Positions 26,065 through 39,524 of a stretch of DNA of 59,149 bases are shown piece by piece. Each line of letters begins with the position of its first letter. The stretch's first letter is position 1. The translations under genes and the position numbers were made by a program. This stretch comes from Nemertoderma westbladi (taxonomy: Eukaryota > Animalia > Xenacoelomorpha). Under the pieces are notes generated by a model. That model was not told where the DNA came from, made no database searches, and saw only the letters and a program-made list of their open reading frames with translations. The stretch lies in contig JAUCBJ010003416.1 in assembly GCA_032718475.1 (NCBI GenBank), positions 1-59,149 on the forward strand, given 5' to 3'.

Positions 26065-28444
26065 AGATAGATAGATAGATTTATTTATACATTATGTAAA
26101 AACAATAACAAATACACCAAACAATGTACCGGTATAAAGGTATTGTCCAACATAACATATAGGATTACCCCTAAAGCTTTGCAGCTTATTTCCAAGGGGG
26201 TCCTTTATGTTACTTGGTTACAAATACAATATTACACTACGCTAACCTAAAACCCATATAAAACGTAATTACACTATGTACATGTACAACTTTACCGAGA
26301 GCGTGACAATGCCCGACTCAACGATAAAGATGTAATGTACAGAACAATTTCATACTGTATAAAACATAATTACAGTATAAATAGTAAATAATTAATAAAC
26401 TAATAACTTACTGTAGGACGATTGTACCTATTTTTACATTGCACACGGAGGTGAGATTTAACTGCAGATTTAAAAGAATGTTGATTATCTAGGTTTTTAA
26501 TTTCATTAGGCAGAGCGTTCCAATTTTTAATGCCGTTAAAAAAGAAAGTATCAGATTCGAAGGATTTACAATTCGGGAGGTAGAAGTTTGAAGCACTAGC
26601 TCTGGTACTGTAAGAGTGTGTATCGCGTACCCTGTTGAATTTTTGTTTTAGGTAATTGGGACATTTACCATTATACACTTTATGCACATGGTTAAGGCGT
26701 AGTTGCTTAACTCTACTATCTAAGTTAAGTAATCCAGATTCAGAAATGTCATCTGGAGTTAGGTGGTGCCTAGGTTTGTAGTCTTATAAATCGTACTACT
26801 TTTATTCTGAGCTACTTGTAATTTACATTTAAGCTGTTTGGTTAAGCCTTCATACCAAGAAGAGCATGCATGCATAGTCCATGTGACACTGTTTTAAATA
26901 AGAGCAAAGTAACTTGCGGGAGTCGGTATTTAAACTATTTTTATTTCTGTATAGAAACCTAAGCCTACTGTTAAATTTCGAGAAAATATTTTTCACTGTG
27001 CTTTCTCCTGATAAGCAGTTATCCAATGTGGCGCCTAAATATTTAACTTCCTTTTTATTTTCAATCTTATGTCCATTACTAGTGACTTCAAACTTAGTTA
27101 CCTTCTTTAACTTTCTTTTGGAACCAAACAAAATACTTTCAGTCTTACCGTAGTGAATGGATAGCTTATTATCAACCAACCACTCATTACAGGATTCTAG
27201 AACTGCACTTAACGTTTGGGAAATATGGATAGGATCTTTATGAGAGAAAATAAGAGCACTGTCGTCGGCATATAAAATGAGTTTAAAATCGGGATCTATA
27301 CTACTTATCATATCATTTACATAGCATACAAAAAGCAGAGGACCTAATATACTACCTTGCGGTACACCACAGGTAATCTCTTGTACAGTAGACTGCGATT
27401 TGCTAATGACTACAGTTTGACCTCTGTCTGACAGGTAGGACTTCGGACTTGAACCAGTCTATAGAACCTACACCCATCAGGCCTCACTTACCAAGCAGAA
27501 TTCCGTGATCTACAGTATCGAAAGCCTTTTGTAGGTCCAACATTACCATACCAGTATATAAACCCTTTGCGTTATTACATCTAATTGTATCAGTTAAGTT
27601 AATAAGGCAGGTGTCTGTAGAATATGATTTACGAAAGCTGGACTGAAGTTCATAGATCAGATTTAGCCTACTAAGATGTGCTTCCAGCTATAGAAAAACA
27701 GAACGTTCTAGAATTTTAGATACAATACTTATAAGATACTAACAGGTCTGTAATTACAGGGTTCTACTTTACTATTATTTTTATAAAGAGGAACAACCTT
27801 AGCTAATTTCAGTTCGTCTGGTACTACATTATCTACCATAGAGTAATTAATAATAAAAGTAATAGGCACTTTAAGTACTTCAGCACCATCCTTAAGAAAA
27901 CGGGCAGGTATTAGGTCTAGACCGGTACTTTTTGAGGCTGATAGGCTAAGTAGATTTTGAAAAACGAAATCCTCAGAAACGGGTTTTAAAAATAACTTTT
28001 CTGAATTTTGTAACTTTTCTAAATAAAAATTATTTAGAGTTTCGGACCCTATACTATATTTATTACTTGATAACGGTAACTTCTTAACTAAATTAGAGGC
28101 AACATTAGTAAAATAATTATTAAATAAATTACTAACTAGAGTATGATCATGTACCAGCTCACCGTTATCTTGCAGAGCAATATTCGATTTAGATTTAAGG
28201 TTTTTATAACCTAAAGATTTTAGGGTAGACCATAAACTTTTAGGATTATCTTTATTCTCATTTATTTTGTTGTACAAATATTCAGATTTAGCTTTTTTTA
28301 TTTCCCGTTGGACAAAGTTTCTATATTTGCAGTAATTATTATAATCAGCTAAAACACGGTATTTCCTAAATTTATACAAATAGTTATCTCTTTCTCTTAT
28401 ATTACTAAGAATACCCGAGGTCTTCCAGGGAAGGCTCGGGATCA
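26065..28444 (-). mobile_element. Decayed CR1/L2-group (Crack-like) LINE, 5'-truncated, RT only
   Basis: Motifs KSTGLD.IPARFLKD, NYRPVSIL, QSSFR..ST.TCL, DLQKAFDTVDH, GVPQGSILGPLLF, YADD and KYLG, with several stops and frameshifts. (ATCT)n 3' tail at 26061-26080. 10-bp TSD ACAGTAAGAT at 26055-26064 and 28445-28454. Confidence 0.92.
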
Positions 28445-29428
28445 ACAGTAAGATCAACTGCAGTAAGGCAGTAAGGTCTGTTGGCCTATAGCAGTCTGGC
28501 TGCCTGGCAGTATGGGAATGACATTTCACTTCAACACAGCTATAATGGCGTACAGCAATATAGGTGGGATCTAAGTTCATCCAAGATCTAAGTTCATTCA
28601 GAATCTAAGGTGCTCTAGGATCTAAAGCCGAGGATCCCTTCAGCCCTTTTATCTGTCTCGAATGCAGGCTTTTATAGTGCCGGTACCTATTCAGACAGTC
28701 AGATAACACTGTCTGATTGTAATGTATTGCTGTATTGATGCAGTAATGTGGCCTACCTAGTCAGCTAGTAGGCCTACTGCAGTACTGTAGTACAACTCCA
28801 ATAGGCCTACTGTTATATGTTAGGCCTAGGCCTATAGGCTAGAGTAAATACCTACATTGTCCTGAATTTTAATGATATACACTATACAGATATAGGATAG
28901 GCCTAGGCCCTATAATGTCCGGAATATTTCACAACTTTTGAATGAACAGTAAACCACCAGCAGATGCACGTGCGAGCAGTTGCACTCTCATGGCTGGGCC
29001 ATGCAAAAGCGATAGAAAAAATTTAGTATTTCTGTATACTGCAGTACTGTTATATTTCTGTATTATAGAAGAGTATTTCTGTATATCTGTATATATCCAG
29101 ATATGTACCGGTATTTTCTTTTGTGCATGAGTGTTAGGCCCATTTGTGTCCAATTTTGTGTATTTGGGCATTTAGTAGGACCACTGGCAGGCTGGACACT
29201 GCGGCTGTCGCTGTGCAGTATTAGTGTTGCAGTAATGCTGTAATGATTGATGGGATAGGCCTACCTGTTGTTTAATCCGATTTGTTTATTTTTAAACTCT
29301 ATACAGCTATATAGGCCTACAGATATACAATCATAATATTGCAATATTCAGCTATTGCTACTGTTTTGATAACATTATCAAGTCAACTGCGAAGGTGGTA
29401 ACAAATGAAGGAGCATGGTAAAGAGAAC

Positions 29429-29496
29429 ATGAATTCCACTCCTGTAATTACTACGAAATTTTCTGATACCTATGACTTAAAGGAGGAAATTGGAAA
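29429..29496 (+). CDS. CaMKII: Calcium/calmodulin-dependent protein kinase II, coding exon 1 (in-frame upstream ATG at 29405 possible)
   Basis: Translates as MNSTPVITTKFSDTYDLKEEIGK and ends in phase 2 at a GTAAGT donor. This matches the CaMKII N-terminus T.F.D.Y.L.EELGK. Confidence 0.92.
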
Positions 29497-30564
29497 GTAA
29501 GTTAGACCCTGTATTTTTCTATATGATAATATGATATGGATAAAAAGGTAAAACATTACCGGTAGCTAGCTTAGCTATTTAGGTTAATTGGATTGAATTT
29601 GTTTAATCACATAGGCTATCTGGACCAACCATATTAGTGAAATACGGTAGACAACTTACTTTATATATTTTCCAATCATCGGTTCAAAACATAACTTACA
29701 CTTAGAATTTCAAAATTCTGTCAACAAGTTTTATTGGTTAGTAAGTCCATTCACTAAAAATTTCCAACGAATTAATTTCAAATGACGGAGTAAGTTAATT
29801 TTGAATAACTGAATAAAGCAAAAAAAGATAATAATTATTCTGAGCTAAATGGGTTTAAAGTTTGAACCTTCCCGCGCAAAATCGTGTGTCTCTGTGACTG
29901 TCAATGGTTTATTAAGATATAGCCATGAATGTCGCATTTAAGGAAGCAGACCCATGGAATTTACACTACGGGGGTTTTCGTGGTTGCTGATTTGAATAAT
30001 TCGATGTCAGTTTTCAAGTTTGGCTAAATCTAGTCTGTTTGTCGGAATGTCTCTGTTTGTTGCATTGTCCGTCAAAATATAATAAAACACACGACATGGC
30101 TAAAAGTTTCGCTACGGGGGTTTTCCTGTTCAGTGATTATTTCGGTATCAGTCTGTATGCCGCGATACACATTTTTTCTGGAAGATGATTTTAATTTTAT
30201 TTTTATGTAATCTGCTTGATGATAATTGACTTTCTTCTGCGTAAGTATATAAAACATTTTACGCAACAAAGACTAAGCAACAAGGGATGTCATATTATAA
30301 TATCTACGGAATGTTTAAGCGGCCCTACTAGTCTATGGTATTCGCCGTATGAGGCTCTAACGTGATAAACTTTGTGGAATGTGGTGGTTTGGTTCTTGCT
30401 ACGTCCGAAACTCTATCAAAAATGTACCCCCCACCCCACCCGTACGGGACAAGAGAATGAATAATCGCCGATTTTAGACTCAAGTATGCCAGTGACCGGT
30501 TCTTTTAAGGATAGATCGGACTAACCAACTATACTTCTTGATTTTCTTTCTATTTCTGCTACAG

Positions 30565-30659
30565 GGGGGCCTTTAGTATTGTGAAGCGGTGCATCCATAA
30601 ACAGTCGCATCAGGAATATGCTGCTAAGGTGATAAATACCAAGAAATTATCTGCTAGAG
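30565..30659 (+). CDS. CaMKII: CaMKII coding exon 2 (95 bp)
   Basis: Polypyrimidine tract and CAG acceptor, then [31 protein letters not shown], then a GTAAG donor. Phase is compatible with exons 1 and 3. Confidence 0.96.
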
Positions 30660-31007
30660 GTAAGAATAATAGTTAACTTATAGTGCCTATCCGGTTTGAA
30701 CGTTGTCTATCTGTACCTGGCTGGCTCGTTTCGATTACACATAAATTTTCACTCATCAATTAATATGTATCGAGCTCATACTATCTCTATTTCACATTTC
30801 ATGATTATATATTTTATTATTTTATTATATTATTTATTTATTATATATTTAAATTATGGTTAATTTTGTATTCGATTTGGAAAATTAGGATGGTGGCGGT
30901 GGGTAATGTGCAGTGTGGTGTGTTGACGAATAGTTAAAGCCTTGGACACAATCAGGGAGGTACTTTACTATTTTAACATCTCCCCTTTAGAGCATCGAAT
31001 ATGATTA

Positions 31008-32018
31008 GGGGTCATCCATAAAAGACGTCCGAGCTAGAGGGGGGGGAGGGGGGTCGGCCAAATCCGGACATTTACGGACAGGGGGGGGGGGGGGGGGTGT
31101 AGCAAAATTCGGACGTCTGTTTTTAAATTTTTTATTGTCAACTTTGCAGCCCATATGGCCAAATGTAGTCTAAACTTAACTTTGGGATGGGCACCTAGGC
31201 CCCGCATATTTAAAGTGAAAGTAAACGTTTCAGTTTCAAGTTTCAGAATCTGGGGAGACGGCCAACCTAACCCTTGATGGGTGTACCTGTACACTGTACA
31301 GTATACGTGAAGTTTATCATGTATTACAATGTATTAAGCCCGTACCGTAACGCTATATTATACTGGCTAATAAGTAGTTTCAGTTTGATAATGTACTGGT
31401 CAGTACTGCGGTCCCCTATTCTTTACTAGTGCCCACTCCCGGCAGGCCTAAGGCTGCACGATAAATAGGCTACCGGTACCGGTAATAACTCCCAGCAATG
31501 TCGGAATACAATAAATTTATCGAACTATATAGAAAGTCGCATAGCGAGTTATTTGAGGACAAAGATGTGATCGGGACCGACATATTTGAGGCAGAGTGTG
31601 GCCAGGTCATCGTTGAGGCAGCGTGTCGCCAGGTCATCGTTGAGGCAGAGTGTGGCCGGGACAAAGTAGGTGATGATGAAGCGAAGGTTGCGGATTATGG
31701 GGAGGATGTGATGCCAGTTTTCACTACGTTCTCATCACCAATTTGGGAGGAATCATTCCTAGCTGACTCGTAAACTACAGTATTTTATATAGTTTTCTAT
31801 ATATATTAGTACTGTTAATATTAGTAGTCGCCCCCCTATTTGTACAATGTACAGCAATAATTCGTGTATTTGTTTTCTGTTTTATTTTCTAAAATTCGGA
31901 CGTCCGAATAGGGGGGAGGGGGGGGGGGGGGGGGTCAAAAACCGGACATTCGCGGACAGGGGGGAGGGAGGGGTCCAAAAATTCGGGATTTTCTCGGACG
32001 TCTTTTATGGATGACCCC
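31008..32018. mobile_element. PIF/Harbinger (Tourist-like) MITE in CaMKII intron 2
   Basis: Perfect 26-bp TIR GGGGTCATCCATAAAAGACGTCCGAG, TTA target duplication (31005-31007 and 32019-32021), and subterminal CGGAC motifs alternating with G runs. Confidence 0.93.
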
Positions 32019-32121
32019 TTATAAGTTATTTAATAGTATCGGTATATATTATTATATTAAACGATGTTAAAAGATATTTATATATTTTATCATATTATAT
32101 TTTTCATATATTATTATTTAG

Positions 32122-32181
32122 ATTTTCAAAAACTAGAAAGAGAAGCAAGAATATGTCGGATGTTAAAACATTCCAACATAG
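32122..32181 (+). CDS. CaMKII: CaMKII coding exon 3 (60 bp); the rest of the gene lies beyond the window
   Basis: TAG acceptor, DFQKLEREARICRMLKHSNI, GTGAGT donor. No exon 4 (VRLHD..) was found downstream. Confidence 0.96.
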
Positions 32182-32417
32182 GTGAGTTGAGTGCAGTTTA
32201 TGTTTATTCTAGACATGGTAGCTGGTAGGCCTAATAGTGATCCATTATGTACGATATGGGCGATTGGTTCCTTCTTCGTAGTCATGGTAACTATGACTGG
32301 ACTCTCATACCCCATAACACCCAGAACGATTTATGAGACCTACCATTTGAGATAATTACAATGAATCACCCAAAATAATCATTATAATTTTCGTTGGGCT
32401 TGGCTTAACAAATTAGG

Positions 32418-35400
32418 CAACAAAACAATACAGTTCCATAGTGCTATATAATGTCACAACAAAACAATACATTTCCATAGTGCTATATAATGTCACAACA
32501 AAACAATACAGTTCCATAGTGCTATATAATGTCACAACAAAACAATACATTTCCATAGTGCTATATAATGTCACAACAAAACAATACAGTTCCATAGTGC
32601 TATATAATGTCACAACAAAACAATACATTTCCATAGTGCTATATAATGTCACAACAAAACAATACAGTTCCATAGTGCTATATAATGTCACAACAAAACA
32701 ATACATTTCCATAGTGCTATATAATGTCACAACAAAACAATACAGTTCCATAGTGCTATATAATGTCACAACAAAACAATACAGTTCCATAGAGCTATAT
32801 AGTGTCACAACAAAACAATACAGTTCCATAGTGCTATATAATGTCACAACAAAACAATACAGTTCCATAGTGCTATATAATGTCACAACAAAACAATACA
32901 TTTCCATAGTGCTATATAATGTCACAACAAAACAATACAGTTCCATAGTGCTATATAGGGTCACAACAAAACAAGACAGTTCCATAGTGCTATATAATGT
33001 CACAACAAAACAATACAGTTCCATAGTGCTATATAGTGTCACAACAAAACAATACAGTTCCATAGTGCTATATAGGGTCACAACAAAACAATACATTTCC
33101 ATAGTGCTATATAGGGTCACAACAAAACAAGACAGTTCCATAGTGCTATATAATGTCACAACAAAACAATACAGTTCCATAGTGCTATATAATGTCACAA
33201 CAAAACAATACATTTCCATAGTGCTATATAATGTCACAACAAAACAATACAGTTCCATAGTGCTATATAGGGTCACAACAAAACAAGACAGTTCCATAGT
33301 GCTATATAATGTCACAACAAAACAATACAGTTCCATAGTGCTATATAGTGTCACAACAAAACAATACAGTTCCATAGTGCTATATAATGTCACAACAAAA
33401 CAATACAGTTCCATAGTGCTATATAATGTCACAACAAAACAATACAGTTCCATAGTGCTATATAATGTCACAACAAAACAATACATTTCCATAGTGCTAT
33501 ATAATGTCACAACAAAACAATACAGTTCCATAGTGCTATATAGGGTCACAACAAAACAAGACAGTTCCATAGTGCTATATAATGTCACAACAAAACAATA
33601 CAGTTCCATAGTGCTATATAGTGTCACAACAAAACAATACAGTTCCATAGTGCTATATAGGGTCACAACAAAACAATACATTTCCATAGTGCTATATAGG
33701 GTCACAACAAAACAAGACAGTTCCATAGTGCTATATAATGTCACAACAAAACATTACAGTTCCATAGTGCTATATAGTGTCACAACAAAACAATACATTT
33801 CCATAGTGCTATATAATGTCACAACAAAACAATACAGTTCCATAGTGCTATATAATGTCACAACAAAACAATACAGTTCCATAGTGCTATATAATGTCAC
33901 AACAAAACAATACAGTTCCATAGTGCTATATAATGTCACAACAAAACAATACAGTTCCATAGTGCTATATAGAGTCACAACAAAACAATACATTTCCATA
34001 GTGCTATATAATGTCACAACAAAACAATACAGTTCCATAGTGCTATATAATGTCACAACAAAACAATACAGTTCCATAGTGCTATATAGGGTCACAACAA
34101 AACAATACACATCCATAGTGCTATATAGTGTCACAACAAAACAATACATTTCCATAGTGCTATATAGTGTCACAACAAAACAATACAGTTCCATAGTGCT
34201 ATATAATGTCACAACAAAACAATACAGTTCCATAGTGCTATATAGAGTCACAACAAAACAATACATTTCCATAGTGCTATATAATGTCACAACAAAACAA
34301 TACAGTTCCATAGTGCTATATAATGTCACAACAAAACAATACAGTTCCATAGTGCTATATAGGGTCACAACAAAACAATACACATCCATAGTGCTATATA
34401 GTGTCACAACAAAACAATACATTTCCATAGTGCTATATAATGTCACAACAAAACAATACTGTTCCATAGTGCTATATAATGTCACAACAAAACAATGCAG
34501 TTCCATAGTGCTATATAATGTCACAACAAAACAATACAGTTCCATAGTGCTATATAATGTCACAACAAAACAATACAGTTCCATAGTGCTATATAATGTC
34601 ACAACAAAACAATACAGTTCCATAGTGCTATATAATGTCACAACAAAACAATACAGTTCCATAGTGCTATATAATGTCACAACAAAACAATACATTTCCA
34701 TAGTGCTATATAATGTCACAACAAAACAATACAGTTCCATAGTGCTATATAGTGTCACAACAAAACAATACAGTTCCATAGTGCTATATAGTGTCACAAC
34801 AAAACAATACAGTTCCATAGTGCTATATAATGTCACAACAAAACAATACAGTTCCATAGTGCTATATAGGGTCACAACAAAACAATACATTTCCATAGTG
34901 CTATATAGGGTCACAACAAAACAAGACAGTTCCATAGTGCTATATAATGTCACAACAAAACAATACAGTTCCATAGTGCTATATAGTGTCACAACAAAAC
35001 AATACAGTTCCATAGTGCTATATAATGTCACAACAAAACAATACAGTTCCATAGTGCTATATAATGTCACAACAAAACAATACATTTCCATAGTGCTATA
35101 TAATGTCACAACAAAACAATACAGTTCCATAGTGCTATATAGGGTCACAACAAAACAAGACAGTTCCATAGTGCTATATAATGTCACAACAAAACAATAC
35201 AGTTCCATAGTGCTATATAATGTCACAACAAAACAATACAGTTCCATAGTGCTATATAATGTCACAACAAAACAATACAGTTCCATAGTGCTATATAATG
35301 TCACAACAAAACAATACATTTCCATAGTGCTATATAATGTCACAACAAAACAATACAGTTCCATAGTGCTATATAATGTCACAACAAAACAATACATTTC

Positions 35401-38400
35401 CATAGTGCTATATAATGTCACAACAAAACAATACAGTTCCATAGTGCTATATAATGTCACAACAAAACAATACAGTTCCATAGAGCTATATAGTGTCACA
35501 ACAAAACAATACAGTTCCATAGTGCTATATAATGTCACAACAAAACAATACAGTTCCATAGTGCTATATAGTGTCACAACAAAACAATACAGTTCCATAG
35601 TGCTATATAGGGTCACAACAAAACAATACATTTCCATAGTGCTATATAGGGTCACAACAAAACAAGACAGTTCCATAGTGCTATATAATGTCACAACAAA
35701 ACATTACAGTTCCATAGTGCTATATAGTGTCACAACAAAACAATACATTTCCATAGTGCTATATAATGTCACAACAAAACAATACAGTTCCATAGTGCTA
35801 TATAATGTCACAACAAAACAATACAGTTCCATAGTGCTATATAATGTCACAACAAAACAATACAGTTCCATAGTGCTATATAATGTCACAACAAAACAAT
35901 ACAGTTCCATAGTGCTATATAATGTCACAACAAAACAATACAGTTCCATAGTGCTATATAATGTCACAACAAAACAATACAGTTCCATAGTGCTATATAA
36001 TGTCACAACAAAACAATACATTTCCATAGTGCTATATAATGTCACAACAAAACAATACAGTTCCATAGTGCTATATAATGTCACAACAAAACAATACATT
36101 TCCATAGTGCTATATAATGTCACAACAAAACAATACAGTTCCATAGTGCTATATAATGTCACAACAAAACAATACAGTTCCATAGAGCTATATAGTGTCA
36201 CAACAAAACAATACAGTTCCATAGTGCTATATAATGTCACAACAAAACAATACAGTTCCATAGTGCTATATAATGTCACAACAAAACAATACAGTTCCAT
36301 AGTGCTATATAGGGTCACAACAAAACAATACATTTCCATAGTGCTATATAGGGTCACAACAAAACAAGACAGTTCCATAGTGCTATATAATGTCACAACA
36401 AAACAATACAGTTCCATAGTGCTATATAATGTCACAACAAAACAATACATTTCCATAGTGCTATATAATGTCACAACAAAACAATACAGTTCCATAGTGC
36501 TATATAGGGTCACAACAAAACAAGACAGTTCCATAGTGCTATATAATGTCACAACAAAACAATACAGTTCCATAGTGCTATATAATGTCACAACAAAACA
36601 ATACAGTTCCATAGTGCTATATAATGTCACAACAAAACAATACAGTTCCATAGTGCTATATAATGTCACAACAAAACAATACATTTCCATAGTGCTATAT
36701 AATGTCACAACAAAACAATACAGTTCCATAGTGCTATATAATGTCACAACAAAACAATACATTTCCATAGTGCTATATAATGTCACAACAAAACAATACA
36801 GTTCCATAGTGCTATATAATGTCACAACAAAACAATACAGTTCCATAGAGCTATATAGTGTCACAACAAAACAATACAGTTCCATAGTGCTATATAATGT
36901 CACAACAAAACAATACAGTTCCATAGTGCTATATAGTGTCACAACAAAACAATACAGTTCCATAGTGCTATATAGGGTCACAACAAAACAATACATTTCC
37001 ATAGTGCTATATAGGGTCACAACAAAACAAGACAGTTCCATAGTGCTATATAATGTCACAACAAAACATTACAGTTCCATAGTGCTATATAGTGTCACAA
37101 CAAAACAATACATTTCCATAGTGCTATATAATGTCACAACAAAACAATACAGTTCCATAGTGCTATATAATGTCACAACAAAACAATACAGTTCCATAGT
37201 GCTATATAATGTCACAACAAAACAATACAGTTCCATAGTGCTATATAATGTCACAACAAAACAATACAGTTCCATAGTGCTATATAATGTCACAACAAAA
37301 CAATACAGTTCCATAGTGCTATATAATGTCACAACAAAACAATACAGTTCCATAGTGCTATATAATGTCACAACAAAACAATACATTTCCATAGTGCTAT
37401 ATAATGTCACAACAAAACAATACAGTTCCATAGTGCTATATAATGTCACAACAAAACAATACATTTCCATAGTGCTATATAATGTCACAACAAAACAATA
37501 CAGTTCCATAGTGCTATATAATGTCACAACAAAACAATACAGTTCCATAGAGCTATATAGTGTCACAACAAAACAATACAGTTCCATAGTGCTATATAAT
37601 GTCACAACAAAACAATACAGTTCCATAGTGCTATATAATGTCACAACAAAACAATACAGTTCCATAGTGCTATATAGGGTCACAACAAAACAATACATTT
37701 CCATAGTGCTATATAGGGTCACAACAAAACAAGACAGTTCCATAGTGCTATATAATGTCACAACAAAACAATACAGTTCCATAGTGCTATATAATGTCAC
37801 AACAAAACAATACATTTCCATAGTGCTATATAATGTCACAACAAAACAATACAGTTCCATAGTGCTATATAGGGTCACAACAAAACAATACATTTCCATA
37901 GTGCTATATAATGTCACAACAAAACAATACAGTTCCATAGTGCTATATAATGTCACAACAAAACAATACAGTTCCATAGTGCTATATAGGGTCACAACAA
38001 AACAGGACAGTTCCATAGTGCTATATAATGTCACAACAAAACAATACAGTTCCATAGTGCTATATAATGTCACAACAAAACAGGACAGTTCCATAGTGCT
38101 ATATAATGTCACAACAAAACAATACAGTTCCATAGTGCTATATAGGGTCACAACAAAACAGGACAGTTCCATAGTGCTATATAATGTCACAACAAAACAA
38201 TACAGTTCCATAGTGCTATATAATGTCACAACAAAACAATACAGTTCCATAGTGCTATATAGGGTCACAACAAAACAAGACAGTTCCATAGTGCTATATA
38301 GGGTCACAACAAAACAATACAGTTCCATAGTGCTATATAATGTCACAACAAAACAATACAGTTCCATAGTGCTATATAATGTCACAACAAAACAATACAT

Positions 38401-39311
38401 TTCCATAGTGCTATATAGGGTCACAACAAAACAAGACAGTTCCATAGTGCTATATAGGGTCACAACAAAACAATACAGTTCCATAGTGCTATATAATGTC
38501 ACAACAAAACAATACAGTTCCATAGTGCTATATAATGTCACAACAAAACAATACAGTTCCATAGTGCTATATAATGTCACAACAAAACAATACAGTTCCA
38601 TAGTGCTATATAATGTCACAACAAAACAATACAGTTCCATAGTGCTATATAATGTCACAACAAAACAATACAGTTCCATAGTGCTATATAATGTCACAAC
38701 AAAACAATACAGTTCCATAGTGCTATATAGGGTCACAACAAAACAATACAGTTCCATAGTGCTATATAATGTCACAACAAAACAATACATTTCCATAGTG
38801 CTATATAATGTCACAACAAAACAATACAGTTCCATAGTGCTATATAATGTCACAACAAAACAATACAGTTCCATAGTGCTATATAATGTCACAACAAAAC
38901 AATACATTTCCATAGTGCTATATAATGTCACAACAAAACAATACAGTTCCATAGTGCTATATAATGTCACAACAAAACAATACAGTTCCATAGTGCTATA
39001 TAATGTCACAACAAAACAATACAGTTCCATAGTGCTATATAGGGTCACAACAAAACAACACAGTTCCATAGTGCTATATAGTGTCACAACAAAACAATAC
39101 AGTTCCATAGTGCTATATAATGTCACAACAAAACAATACAGTTCCATAGTGCTATATAGTGTCACAACAAAACAATACATTTCCATAGTGCTATATAATG
39201 TCACAACAAAACAATACAGTTCCATAGTGCTATATAATGTCACAACAAAACAATACAGTTCCATAGTGCTATATAGGGTCACAACAAAACAATACATTTC
39301 CATAGTGCTAT
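32418..39311. repeat. 39-bp satellite, left block (~177 units)
   Basis: Unit GTCACAACAAAACAATACAGTTCCATAGTGCTATATAAT with a few recurrent variable sites. Confidence 0.99.
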
Positions 39312-39484
39312 TTTAGCGTCAGGCTAAATTGTGAAGTTATAATAATAAGATTTGTTAAGAGTTGCACAAGTCAGTAAGTCTGTACTGAAGAGGTACCGGT
39401 ACATAGCCTACAACCCGAATCCTAGAGTGTTGCTAGGCAACCGTGTCAACAACCCAACTCCATATCTCACCCCTGTACGCCACA
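39312..39484 (-). repeat. Gypsy 3' LTR
   Basis: Identical by eye to 43499-43671. Reads TGTGG...CTAAA on the minus strand and is preceded by the PPT GGGGGGAG (~39488-39495). Confidence 0.95.
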
Positions 39485-39524
39485 ATGCTCCCCCCAGTGT
39501 AAGGAAATGAAACGAGAAGGTAAC

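Noticed and set aside
28445-28580. N-terminal extension of the 283-aa ORF as a host-LINE fusion gene
   Set aside because: It is chance read-through across the LINE 5' junction and TSD, and the LINE frame stops at 27729.
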